DNA of 64,000 bases. Source: Antedon mediterranea. Lineage: Eukaryota > Animalia > Echinodermata. The notes beneath the pieces were generated by a model. The model was not told the DNA's origin and searched no databases. It was given only the letters and a program-made list of their open reading frames with translations. Below are positions 1 through 13,400 of the stretch, piece after piece. Each line of letters opens with the position of its first letter. Within the stretch, counting starts at the first letter, position 1. The stretch is from assembly GCF_964355755.1 (NCBI RefSeq), contig NC_092680.1:2914001-2978000 (forward strand), in the 5' to 3' direction. The position numbers and the translations under genes were made by a program.

Positions 1-408
1 AATATTATTGCTTGTTTCTTGTTGAGTGGGTACTAAAATAAAATTGTATAGTCTTTGAACGTTTTCTCACATGCTGTAACACAAAATGTAAATAATTTTT
101 GCCGTGAGCACTTTCTTATTGTTACGACTCTATCAAGCTTAAAATCATGTAGGTATCAGTATACAAATGCCCCATATTTAACAATGGCAAAGTCTATATC
201 ACGTCAAAGCTGGTCAAAATAGCATAGAGCGTTGCACAGATTCGCGACAAAACGCATACCGTATATAACCATTGATTTTGATGACCATTTTCACCATCAT
301 ATTCACGTACAGTATTACAATAATTATACACAAAATACATACACTGTATAATATCTAATATTATTTAAAATACTATAATTAACGTTAAAATTAGCAGTAT
401 ATACTTAC

Positions 409-420
409 AACTGCAGCCAT
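409..420 (-). CDS. Putative first coding micro-exon (MAAV) of a divergently transcribed gene continuing left of the window
   Basis: The minus strand reads atcATGGCTGCAGTT|gtaagtat, with a good start context and a consensus donor. A TATTTAAA lies ~75 nt upstream. Its layout resembles the annexin first exon (MAEVAE|gtaagt). No downstream exon is visible. Confidence 0.35.
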
Positions 421-1073
421 GATGATTGATCTTCGACCCTTGGAACGTACCACTTCCAAGCAGGGATGTAACTACGATATGACCAATCGATCGTTTAAAT
501 AGCAGCAGATATTGACTTATATTACGTCACACATCGTTAATAATTAATACACTGCAGGAAGTCACATCGATACTGTATGATATTGAACAAGAGAGATGAA
601 CACAGAACCTGTCTCAATCCATAATTAATTACCTTTGCGCAAGCGTAGTATAAAATATAAAAAAAACTGAATATTTAAGAGGAAGTTACCATACATTGTT
701 TTGTATAAGTAGGCCTACGTAGGCCTACTTAAACAGTAGATGATTAATGTGTTTAACTATATTAATACCAGTATAAATTAAATCGATTAATTATGAGTGA
801 TGAGGTTTTTACAGTGATGTTTATATTTACATGTTTTTAAGTAAGCATAATGATTATAATGATTTATTGATATTGCACTCTTGTACTCGTGGCACATATC
901 AAACATAGACAGATTAATATGGTTATCAAACATTAATTATTTGAACAATAACATCATGTGGTTATGCGGTTAATTATAAATATGGTTCTAGTGTGTACAC
1001 TTGAGTTATATATTTGTTTGTTTAATAAAACTGGTGTATGTATTTAACACTTATTTTAATAATATAGTACAGG

Positions 1074-1103
1074 CAGGGAAGAGTTAAATTTAACTCTTCC
1101 CTG
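1074..1103. mobile_element. 30-bp palindromic mini DNA element (CAGGGAAGAG...CTCTTCCCTG)
   Basis: Perfect palindrome cagggaagagttaaatttaactcttccctg, flanked by gtacagg / gtacatg (7-bp direct repeat, 1 mismatch). Relatives occur at 5007, 43219, 62610 and partially at 18611. Confidence 0.7.
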
Positions 1104-1401
1104 GTACATGTATAGTTTATATATCATACATTATCACAGATCACTCACCACAACTTCCCACTCTGCTAAGTCACCGAAACGGCACCTTATGGCTAGCCAA
1201 ACTAACAATTTATACTATTATTATACTTGAGTGAATGTATAATGTATGTCACTTTAAACCAGGGAAGATTGAATAGCTTTAAATGAATATTACCATCATT
1301 TTGAACACAATCCATATAAGCCTACTATGATCTTGCGCAGTTGCCCATATCTATGCGTCCGCGTAATAATCTATACTTCAATGTGTATATTGTGCGTATA
1401 A

Positions 1402-1526
1402 AGCTTTGTCTACACTATCACACTTTTTGTGACGAAAACATGTGATGATGATGATGTCATATCACTACCATATTTGGACACATCACACTTTTTTTGCCAA
1501 ACTAGTTTGATAATGTAGACAAAGGT
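1402..1526. mobile_element. MITE with TAA target duplication (PIF/Harbinger, Tourist-like)
   Basis: TIRs agctttgtctacactatca / tgataatgtagacaaaggt with TAA on both sides. Related pieces lie at ~12380-12447, ~34886-35001 and ~35335-35395 (shared atcactaccatatttggg core). Confidence 0.75.
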
Positions 1527-1941
1527 TAATTCTTTAAGTAATTACAGTTTAAATTGCTTTCTTATTTCATTATATGTATGTATTTAATCTAAAATAAAAT
1601 GTTGAATTATTTTTAATAGAATGCAGTATAGGCTTATTGGCTCTTTCGCACCATGTACGATTAGTGTGTAATTTTTTTCTTTTATGTTAAAGTTAAAACA
1701 TATTATCAGTCCACTTGTTTATTTAACAGTTAGCCTAATGGATTGCATGTATTATTATAATATATTTCCTGTGGTTTATGATTAATGTTAAGTATACTCT
1801 ATCCGCCTATCAGAACCAAAATCGTGTAAAATGATAACAATTTAAATCGGACCTTGGACAGTAGGCTTGGCTTGTCTGAAGTAGCACTCTCTTGATTTCT
1901 TTCTCTTTTGCTGCCTGCAACCAACACACAAGTAAAAAAAG

Positions 1942-4900
1942 ATGGCTGAAGTCGCTGAAGTAAGTACATTTATAGTTTATTTTCAAAGAAATTAAACAAG
2001 TGTTTATAATAATTATTACTATGAACTAAATTTACATTAAAAAAATTAGCATTGCCTTGTCTCAAAAGTTCAAGAATGTACCTAATTAATCTATAATTAT
2101 AACAAACAACGATACCGTATTCTGCGTTTAAAAATATTGTTATATTATGTTTATTAGTAAAGTTAATTTAATATGGTAGTCTATTATTAGATTACTGTAT
2201 AGAAAATGGAAACATTTTGCCCTTTTCTTCATTTTTGTATGGACTTATGGTAATCCGATACAAGATAAATGATAATCGTATAATGGACAAATTAAATTGA
2301 AATGAATATAGATATGTGTACATACATAAGTATTACATTAATAATACCAATATTTAATCAATTGAATGGTTGTCGTATAGATTGGTGGTTAATCATATAA
2401 TATAATATAATTAAATAATAATAATTTTTATCTAATTTTAACAATTTTTAGCCTCTTAACTTTTTGTGTGTGTTTTTGTAAATTGTATTTTATATTTTTG
2501 TATTTTGCCAGTTTTCAAATCACATTTCTGTTTTTTAAATGGACAATAAAGTATATATGACTATGACTAAACCATAGACCAGTACATGGAGGTCCATGGT
2601 TACACCTTTAAGCACATGGGAATTCATATTCTGTTTTACGATTTGGTAATCTTATATTATAACCTCCCAATCATCATTACAGTAATTTATACTCAGTTTA
2701 AGAGTTTAAACGTAATGCTGGATATTGATCTATTTAATAATACAGAATTAACTTAAGTTTGTAATTTCTTCAACCAATGTTTGAGCCTCCTGATGTGAAG
2801 AGTCTCATTAACTAAATTTAAGTACTCGAACCATCTGATTACGATCAGTTTTTGTGGACTTTGGAGTAGAATCAAAGTATGACTAACGTAGTGCAACAAA
2901 ACGATATACGATCTGCAAACTGCCACAATAATCATTGTGATTCAAATAATGTCTTTTGATTTAAGTGTATTTACGATAATATTAGACATTTAATTATGCA
3001 CCACAACATTTATATTAGTTTCAATTGCCTACACTACACGTTTCTATAGCTAATTTATTATAACGTAGAACTCTTCAAATCTATCAATCATTTTAGTGGA
3101 GAAGATCAATTATGTCTAAATTATTTCATTTCTTAATGGTTATATTGTAATTAAAATATAATTGTAATATAATGTATTACAATTCTTTGTATTTTATTTT
3201 CCAGTACTTAGCAAAATACCGTTTGGCCAGAGGTGCCATGGAGTTATTTGTAAGTGTTGATTTTGTTTGTCAATAAATTGATGCTGATTGTTAAGATACA
3301 CCATTTCAGCTTAAACCCAAAACAAAGAGGCGAAACACAATAAATTATTATTTGAATTAATATCTAATCTTGAGTTAATATTTGTATGGTCTAAATTTGT
3401 TTGACTTTTTCAACGGACTATTTTTTTTAAATGTTAGGGTACTATTTGCCCATGGGCTGACTTCGATGCCGAGGCAGATTGCGAAACTTTGAAGGGAGCA
3501 ATGCGCGGTATTGGAACAGACGAAGATGAGATCACGGAAGTTCTGGCCAATCGTACCAACGAACAAAGACAGGACATCAAGCACACCTTTACATCGTGCT
3601 ATGGAAAGGTAAAACAAGATTGAAGGCACTTTTTCGTTGGCTATGGATCGGCGTTCCATAGTTGGCAATTTAAATATGTAGTATAAGTGTTTCTCGTGGA
3701 TAAATTGAGAAATCCCTTCTTAAGTATCATTTAAAACGAATAAGAAACAAAGCTATCAGAATTGATAACCATTATTTCATCGTGTTCTTTGAAATTCATT
3801 TTCAGGACTTGGAAGAGGAGTTGAAAGAAGAACTTCGTGGAAATTTTGAGGATGTTGTGGTGGGGTTATTGGATACACCTCCAGTTTACGACGCAAAAAC
3901 ACTTCGTAAAGCCATGAAGGTACACCTTAACCTATATTATGCTATAATGATTTAGTTTTTTACTTTACATAACATTTGTATATTTAAAATGGTTACCGGA
4001 TATGTATTCTAAATTTCAAATAATTTTATTGTAATGTTAATATATCTTGAATCTCTAAGAATAATAATTACTTTCTTCATAGGGCGTAGGAACTGACGAA
4101 AAGACAGTTATTGAAATAATGTGCACTCGACTGAATCAGGAGATTGAAGGCATCAAAGAGGCATATACTGAATGTAAGTGCTTACAGCAACAACGATGAC
4201 TTTATTTATGGAAGATAAACTTTACACAATTTGTTTGGCTTGAAGAAATTGTCTTTTATATTCTTTATTTTCACATACGTAAAGCTAGAAAATGGGAATG
4301 TGTATAGTCCAATTCAGATATACATTCATTCATTCAGGATTATCGCCTGACTTTATTTACTTTAGGCCTCTGGCCTCTAGTTATACACAGTAAATGTAGG
4401 CATATTAGACTATACGTTTTTGTAGCACAGTAACTAACAGTAATAATGGTAAATATATATATGTACTTACATATTGTAGACATGACCTTTGTTATTATCT
4501 CATCTTCACAGTGTTTGAACGTGATCTTTGCGAAGATTTAGAGAATGAAACATCTGGTCATTTCAAATACTTAATGATCTCAATTGCCAACGTAAGTCCT
4601 CAATAATATACCATACCTAAATAAAAATCACATGTTTTACAAAGTGGCTTTAAAGGGTGTTTTTACACCACACCAACCAATCAAATCTAACATGAATGGA
4701 TTGGTATTGTCTATACCTTTTCTCTCTCGACGTCTGACTCACAAATAATATTAATATCAGATTGTAATATATTTGATATAGGCTGGCCGAGATGAAAGTG
4801 ATGAAGTTGATGAAGACGCTGCCACCGAAGACGCCCAAGAGTTATTTGATGTAAGACTAAAATATTAATTTTGATAAACTATAAAGGAAAATAATAGTTC

Positions 4901-6245
4901 TCATCAAAAAAGGAATACAGATACATATAATTATATCTTAAGATCTTTCTTATTTTAACGTATTTTAAGATGTATACTGTAGTTTAATCACTTTCACAAA
5001 TTGAACCAGGGAAGAGTGAAAATGTACTCTTCCCTGATTGAACATATGGAAAAAGTTATTCATTCAATAAATAAAAATACAAATTTATTTTCTGTAGGCA
5101 GGTGAAGATCGATGGGGAACTGATGAAAGCTGTTTTAATAAAATCCTAGCAACCAGAAACTTCGATCAACTTAAATTCATTTTTGAGAAATACACTGAGG
5201 TAAAGAGAAACAAATGATAAAACAGAACTATAAAACTATACAATGGTGATGTCAGATTGGAATTAGATGTCAGAGTCAGAGTAGAAGAGTTGTTGCTGGG
5301 CATTGCATGGCATTTATATATTCTGTACTAATGATGTCTGTTTTTGGTTTTTCTTTTAATAGATAGCTGGCTGTGACATCGAAGACTCAATTCGTGACGA
5401 AACATCTGGTCTCCTACAAGACGGATACTTAGCTATTGGTGAGTTACTGTTGAATCAAATGCAGATTACAACGATGTTAGCTCTGTTAAACTAGAAAGCA
5501 GTGTTGTTTTTCAAATGTTTATACACTATATGTATGTACATTTATCTTTCAGTTTCTCGAGCACGTAGCGTAGGAGAATTCTTTGCTGAGCGTGCATACG
5601 ACGCCGTCCATGGTCCAGCCACTGATGATGAACAACTTATCAGAGTGATTATTTCAAGATCAGAGGTAGGTTACAACAAATGTACTAAAATAATAGAAAC
5701 TTCAAGCGCCATATTTTAATTTGCTGTATTTTGTCCACATATACCACTAATAGCCGTAGGTATTCAATGCATTTCATTGTACTGTATCAGTCCTATTGTG
5801 CAAGTGACTTTGGAAAGACATACTCGAAACAAATATCTTGAGTGTGAGATTGCCTATTCTTTCCAGAAGTAAATTGGTAAAAGGTTCAATCATGGCTGCA
5901 GTCGCGTGTTTAAGTTAGTGTTTGCCGACCAAGCGACCGACCCAATGACCAACCGACCGACCAACACAGTGAGCTATAAAAATATCTCAGTTGATAAAAC
6001 TTCTTTGATGAAATGCTTGGTACCTCATTCTTTTCTTTTGAGAAAGTTGCATAATTAATGTTATTCTTCTCACCAACGTTTTAAAATTATGATTCGCATT
6101 TTTTTAGATTGATTTGAAAAGAATAAAGGCAGCATTCATGTTTAAATACGAAAAGGGTCTGGCAACATTTGTAGAAGAAGACACGAGTGGTGACTACAAA
6201 AAGATGTTGATTGCCTTGATAAAGGGAGATGCAGACGACGAGTAA
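1942..6245 (+). CDS. Annexin, 338 aa, four annexin repeats
   Basis: Exons 1942-1959, 3205-3249, 3438-3608, 3806-3919, 4083-4173, 4512-4591, 4782-4850, 5098-5199, 5363-5438, 5553-5665, 6108-6245. All are GT-AG and in phase (1017 nt). Motifs: [53 protein letters not shown]. The two short 5' exons are less certain than the core. Confidence 0.95.
5007..5036. mobile_element. 30-bp palindromic mini DNA element with perfect 7-bp TSD
   Basis: attgaac|cagggaagagtgaaaatgtactcttccctg|attgaac, in an annexin intron. Confidence 0.75.
5891..5978. mobile_element. Truncated non-autonomous Helentron-like (DINE-1/pearl-type) element
   Basis: catggctgcagtcgcgtg + (gacc)n microsatellite + agtgagctata, matching the elements at 43904, 50297 and 54884. 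Confidence 0.55.
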
Positions 6246-6825
6246 TTGACGTTAATAGTATCAATAACTTTAATTACAATTGTGTTTTCAGTTGTTAGTC
6301 AATTGTATGTACGTAATGATTTTGGTGTAATAATTAGGCTTAGAGTAACAACATAACTGAACTGAAAATAGAATGTAGGCCTTAGCTATTACTATTCAAA
6401 ATCCATATGTGATCTCATTTGGTTTTTTTAATTACGTTTTGTATTCTTTAAGTTCTTTCTCTAAGCATAATACGGTATCAAATTAAACTATTATCAATAT
6501 TAAAAATATTATAATTATGTTAAAAATCCTGCACCTTTGAATTTACCGTCTATGTAATGTTAGAATGTAAAGAAACAATTAACAATAAATATTAACTATT
6601 GCCATGACCTGAAATAACAAAATAAACTCTTTTCTATGGCTGATAGAAAACAAATCTATGCGAATCTTGATTTAAACAATTAAATTTCAATAGATACCGC
6701 AGTGTTGTTAGTAAATTTGTATTTATTTGTGTTGAAATCAATTACTTTTCGTAACAATAATGGATACCTTACAAAGAAATAAAGGAAAGATAAAAAAAAA
6801 CCGGCTTTAAACAATTGATAAAAAT

Positions 6826-7065
6826 AAGTTGAGATTGGCAGGCCACGTTGTAAGTCTCCAGAACAATAGATGGACAAGCAGGACCACGGTTTGGCAACCA
6901 ATGACAAGGACAAGGAAAACAGGCAAACCCAGGATGAGATGGAGAGAATGATGACCTGAGGAAATATTAAAAAAAGAGAGAGGCAAATGTGAAGCTTTGA
7001 ATGAAGAGAATTGGAAGAAGAAAAAGAAGACATCAATTAATTTGGGGTTGGATGGTGATTAATGA
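6826..7065 (+). mobile_element. RTE-clade LINE 3' fragment (degenerate)
   Basis: Translates as RLAGHVVSLQNNRWTSRTTVWQPMTRTRKTGKPRMRWRE*, matching the RTE ORF C-terminal signature W(A)GHxxR...RW...W.P...R..GRP..RW.D. Confidence 0.7.
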
Positions 7066-7483
7066 AAAAAAAGAAATGAATGGAAAAAATTAAATCATAG
7101 TTCAATATTCAACATTGGTGGCGCTATTTAATTCATAGAAGAAAAAAAAACGATAATCGAAAATATCGATAAATAGATATTGATCAGCATCATAAATAAA
7201 TAGCAACAGCGTCGTAAAGTATTATAAAGATTATAGAATGAATGCAAATTATATTGACTCTATAATAATTGTTTATTCATATGACAACAATTGATCTTGG
7301 TGAGAAAAGAACATCTGGTGGAAAGACGATTATTATAAAACGTAGCGCATATAGCACAACTATTGAGGAAACAACATTTCACATTTTTTACGAATTATAA
7401 AGCTAAAAGTTGATGTGAAAGAGTTGGATATTTCAACCAAAAGTGACATTTTTGTTTTCCTTTCTTTTCGGATTTTTATCAAA

Positions 7484-10400
7484 ATGGAAATTAAACAGAT
7501 ATTGTTGCTTGTTTTATTGGTAAGTTCAATCACTTAGTTCTGATAATACTGGAAGGCATTCTAAATTATATAGATTCGCTTGCTTTACTTCTTTTCATTA
7601 TTAATAATACAGCTATTTAATGTACATACGAAGTATATTACATACATTTTGCTTGTAAGATTATCAAAACAATACTATAAGTATTTTGTGCTGTGGTCAG
7701 CAACAAACCGATTTGAAGAATAGTTTACACAAAACAAGTAATAATGTTATATTAATGAAGAAATGTTTCCGAATGAAAAAACACAATTATAGGAAATATC
7801 TGTAGAGGAGGGGTGGCGTGTAGAAGAGGATCGCTGTCTTAGTTAATCATTTTCATGTTGTTTCTTTCTACAGATTGGTTTGATAGGTGTTCCTCATTCC
7901 ATGGGTAAGTTGTAATAATAAAACAACTCGTACATATTAATGTTGGTTGGTTGGTTTTCCAATTCGAGGGTATGTTTACGTTGTAAAATTGAGATAAATA
8001 TAAATAATTTTATATTCACAGACGTCTAAAAGGTTAATTTTTAAAAAACGTCTAGTTTGAGGGATTCTAATACGAGACTAAGCTACTAAAGATCACTTGT
8101 GAGAGAGAACTGTACTTTATAAATATTTATTGTATTGAAATATTTTGTTTTTATTGCTTTGTGACTTTAATATTCGAATCCTCCAATTTAAAATTATTAT
8201 TATTATTATTATTATTTATTGTCATTACAATAAACAAAATATGTTACATATTGAAAAATAGATATGAATTATGAACGTTACACTACTCGTATTGATTTTT
8301 AATATGTCATATTAAAATTTCTTGAACTACTATTTATGACTTTATTGATTTGACGTGTTGAGATATACCAATCGTTCACTTTCCGTTATATAACAGCCAA
8401 GTTCTGGTGGCTAAGACAAATTAGATGTATTAAATGCAATGGTATTTTTACAAGAGTTTAAAATAGGCTAAAAGTGTTGGTTTCTGCAGCCTATCTACAA
8501 GCTTATGTAAAATCACTATGAAGTGAAGGTGTAATAAGTAATAAATTTACTTATTTTTCCCACGTCCAAATTTATTCACAATTCACAAGTACATTTACAA
8601 TATTTAATAGTATACCAAAAAAAGCGAGTGCTTGTTAGTTTGGTAACTATTGAAATATATTTAAATGTACGGTACATACATGCCAGACAGCATTCAACAA
8701 CAATTATGTACAAAAAAACCAAAAAAAAAACCAACAAAAACAGCATGGGTCGCCAACGACCGTTCAGCATTTTGATTTGAGTTGAGAATTAATCTTAAGG
8801 CTCAGGTACAGGCATGAATTTTAAATATAATATTTGGTTAATTGTACATAAATCAAATATTTTTAACAGAAATCAAGACGAAAAAACATGAATTTCCCTT
8901 AATATGGTCAAATACAAAATTTGGCAAAATTCTTCCATAAAAACCAGGAAGACTTTTTTTCAGTAGTTAGGTAGTTAACATAATGTAATAACATGTCTGG
9001 TGACTCCCCAGACGGTGAAAAAAGGTGGTGGATATATGGTGGATAATTTTTGCTATAGCATGAAAATGAAAATCTGAAGTTGAATAAAAATATCAGAAAT
9101 GTAATATTCAAGTTATATTACCTATATTTAGTCATCTGATAACATTTTTTACCACACCGTTTATTTTTCATAGCTTTTTAAAATGCCTCTCTATTTACAA
9201 CATTTTTGTATAAAAGAATAGAGATTTTACTGTTTTAACTATCCCCCCACTGATAAAAAGTGCTTATTTTTAACAAGCTCGTGTAACACAAATAAAATCC
9301 CAAAAATTATGAAACATAGGGGAAACTATAGATCGATAATTATTGGAATTTATGATCAATAGAAATTTTTTGCCCACACCTGGCCTTTAAAGTTAAACTA
9401 GTTACGGCATATCTGGAACTAATAATTATTAATACAGTAATAAATTATATAATTATAATGCATATTAGGCCTAGTGGTTATTATTTGTATGTTTTTGTAT
9501 CGACAGCTGATGGATGGTTGGAATGGGGAGAATGGTTTCCCTGTACAACGTCATGTGCTGGTGGTGTAACTATACGAATCCGGGAATGTGGTGGCACGGA
9601 TTGTGTTGGAGACGAGTCTCAAACTGGTCTTTGTAACACCGAAGGCTGTCCAGGTAAATGTTTATATACAATAAGCTTGATGAAGACCATCTATCTTCAA
9701 GGACTTATATAATAGTAAAAAGTTAGTAGGCCTAGACTTAAACTGACATGGAATCGCACCATTTCCCTCTTATTTTAACCTTATTGTCTTCTTGTTAGAT
9801 TAATTGTTAATTAACTAATACTGTAGGCCTAAATATTTTGTAAATGTTTAATCATTTGCTGGAATATCTTTCAGTTGATGGAAGCTGGACGGGTTTCACA
9901 AACTGGTCACCATGTAGTGCATCCTGTGAAGGTGGAAACAAGACGAGGACACGAAGTTGCTCAGATCCTGCACCAGCTTATGGTGGTGCAGAATGTGAAG
10001 GCGATGAAGCAGAAGTGGAAGAGTGCAACTTACAAGAGTGTCCAAGTAAGTTACAGAAGTCTATGAGAACCATTGTAAATTAGTTTTAAATGCGGTTTTT
10101 TAAATCGTTTGCATGATGTAAAACTCTGTCTGGTGATGTGCAATACTGAATACTGTATTATATAATTATACACTTTTAGTTGCGTCACATTATAGGCATA
10201 TCAGATATCAAATGTATGGTGCTATATCAGTCAACAGCCATAAGTGTAGATAGTATGTATATTTCTTCTTCTGCAATTGTTACGATTATATGAGTATACG
10301 ATTGTATGTACTTATTATAATTATTATGTTGAAATTATACAATGTAGACTTTTCAAATGTCCAGTAACTAAGTTATAATGACAGGGTGATATAACGATTG

Positions 10401-13400
10401 GTTTCTACTAGTAAATTAATAATACTATTAAATTTGATTTTGATCTTGTTTACCAATGCGATCATCATCTACTCAGTATTCATAGTCATGTTTATGTTTC
10501 CTGCAATGATCAGTGAACGTAAGCTGAGTGCTATGTAATTTTCTTTTCATTTGTTTTCGAACATAAAATGATGATCAATAACTGAATTTTTAAACACTTC
10601 TGTACTCGTTTTGTCTTTATTCTAGTTGACGGTGATTGGTCGTCGTGGACTCAATGGACCAGCTGTAACACCGATTGTTTACAATTTCGGTATAGATCTT
10701 GTGACGACCCAGAACCTGAATATGGGGGAGCAGAATGTGATGGTGATGATATTCAAGAGCTACAGTGTAGTATTCTGAATTGCCCACGTATGTTTGTTTT
10801 GAACTGAAATGATCTATTTTTTAATTTAATTAATTAAAATCTGTGTTGACAAAAACACAATGATTATGGCGTTTTCGACGACTGACGTGGCAAATCGAAA
10901 GCGGTCAAAAGCTTATTTCACACCATGTCCTTACCAGGACGTAAGCGCAATGCAAGCGAGTTGACCAATCACAATTCGGATAATCCATCGCTTGTAATTG
11001 GTTAAAAATTCTTACGTCGCGCTTACGTCGTTGTGTTACATCCTAGTCGGAACCAAGCTTAAAGCCCCATTCCCTACGTTTTTTAGATCTATTTTAAGAT
11101 CACAAACTATATTTAATGTAAAAATAATACTATATGGTCCTATTGCGATAACTTTTTTCGTCTTTAAACGGTTAAAAATGTGAAAAATAAATCGATTCTA
11201 ATAATTATAGAGGCCCGCTATAAATCCCAAAATGCATTGCGCGCGGATTGATATTTTTGTTTTTCACCTGTAATTCGCCCACTTTTCGATCGATCGTGAA
11301 GCCAAAACAAATGGAAGACTCCTAACTTTTCAGCGAAAATACCGGGTTTTCCCCAATTTGTATCAACGGAGTCTGGCAAAAATAGAAAGACAATTAATGC
11401 AGCAACTATACAACGTCAGGCTAGGTATATAGCTAGCGTACGATGTTCGTACGTTATCGATGTTTACCAGCTAGGCCTACAAAACTAAGCCTAGCTAGGC
11501 TAGGCCTAAGACCGTCCACGAGAGGTCGATCGCCGCGAGCTACTTAGGTAGTGCATTGTTTCTCACTTTTTATCATAATTTACCATAAAACGTACATTTA
11601 AGACAAGGAATGACATGGTTTAATGTTTTTAAAGTGATATATATGTATTATTTTCCAAAAAACGTCCAAAATTGCAGGGAAGGGGTCTTTAACATTGCGG
11701 TTCCTGAACTACCCATTACAATATTTACGGAGCATGGTCACTGTCGTTTTTTATTTCTGTTCTGAGGGAAGGGATGTGAGAGGGAAGAGAAACCTGTTAT
11801 TTGTTATAACAAAGTATTCATTTCTTCTAACTCATGTTGTCTTCATAAATGTTTTGTCTACAGTTGATGGCCAGTGGACCGAGTGGCATGAGCAAAACTG
11901 TGACGCAAGTTGTCGTGGTAGAAAGGTTCGATATTGTGACAACCCCCAGCCGTTACGTGGTGGAGCGGATTGCATTGGCCCGAGAGTAGAAGAATATGGC
12001 AATTGTAGTTCATTTGACTGCATTCAAGACGGTAAATTATTGATTTTTGTTAATTTATACACCAGACATGATAATAAAAATTTGAAGAATGATGTTTAGT
12101 TTCTGATTGATTAATTTATCATATAATTGATTATCTTAAGTAATATAATTAGTACAGAAGAACTATTTCTTCCCAAATTCATGTACAATAGGTGCATGGG
12201 GAAGTTGGAATGAGTGGTCCGATTGTTCCAAGTCCTGTTCATACGGTATTCAGACGCGGTATCGTGAATGCGACAGTCCATGGCCAAGAAACGGTGGAGC
12301 ACCATGTCCGTCAAGTGACTCCTACATCTCTGAACGCACATGTTACATAGACAAATGTCCAAGTAAGTTTGCTTATTGATGACGATGTTATATCACTACC
12401 ATATTTGGGTATATCACTAAAATAATTTGATAGTGTAGACGAAGCTTTAAAATGGGCACTTTTGCTGTTAAATTTGTTTATTTTAAAGATTGAATCGACA
12501 TTAAGTACAAAACAAAAACCAAATGTAATTTACTATGGGTAATTACTGCACAAATTTTCACTTTCGTCTTTGCGATTAGAATGCCATTGCTTTATAAATA
12601 TAATAATTGTTTATTATGTCGTTTATTTTGTGAGTAAATGACTCGACAGGTGTAATAGAACAAACACATGTACTGGTGTATACTCATCAGGTAAAATAAG
12701 CAGGAAGCAATAATTCCAAAACGAAACAAGTTAAAGTACCTTTGAGAAAAAACAGTATGCATAAATGTCATTTTGTATCAGTGCGAAATAAAAGAGGCCC
12801 ATTAAAACTGCGCTACACATTATAAATAGAAAGGAATTTTAGATATCATTGTGTACACGATCAACATTGACATATGTCATAGATTATGACATTAATTTCT
12901 AAATGAAAAATACTTTAAAAATGTCCTAAAATTAAAATTTACAACAACTATTTAAAATGTATTCATTTTTATTCAATAGAACCACTGGTTCACAGAAAGA
13001 AATATAAACCAAAGAGTAGTGACCGTGACGTCGACTATGCTTTGATACTTTCGATCATTTTCGGAGTTCTTGGAGGTCTAACATTGATCTTACTAATCAT
13101 TCTTACCATTCGCCGAACTCAGCTAAAGAAAATGCGAGACAAGGCAGTGGTAAGGCAACTGATTCTCATTACTGTATCTTCTAATAATAGTATCTTAAGT
13201 AAATACACACCATCTCCTCATATGTTTTGAATGTGATGTTATCATGGGAATGTATGGGTATATGGTATAACTAGATACCACCGAGGGGCTACTAGTTTAA
13301 AAAACCTTAGTATAAGAAAGGTATTCACTTTGGTGTCAATCAAGGACTTACGAAAGTTGGAAAAGCTCTCGAAAAAATCTGTAAAAGCAGTAGCTGATTG

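Noticed and set aside
3375-3668. 97-aa minus-strand ORF
   Set aside because: It is the antisense shadow of annexin exon 3438-3608.
6680-7036. 118-aa hydrophobic minus-strand ORF
   Set aside because: It is the reverse complement of a purine-rich RTE LINE remnant, not a membrane protein.
8397-8441. Possible 45-nt phase 1-1 exon ([14 protein letters not shown]) in the TSP1 receptor
   Set aside because: It is in phase but has a weak donor (gtattt) and no recognisable domain, so it was left out of the model pending RNA evidence.
10180-10253. Possible extra or terminal exon between TSP1 repeats 2 and 3 (secreted isoform)
   Set aside because: There are two competing weak acceptors and no homology, so it cannot be supported.
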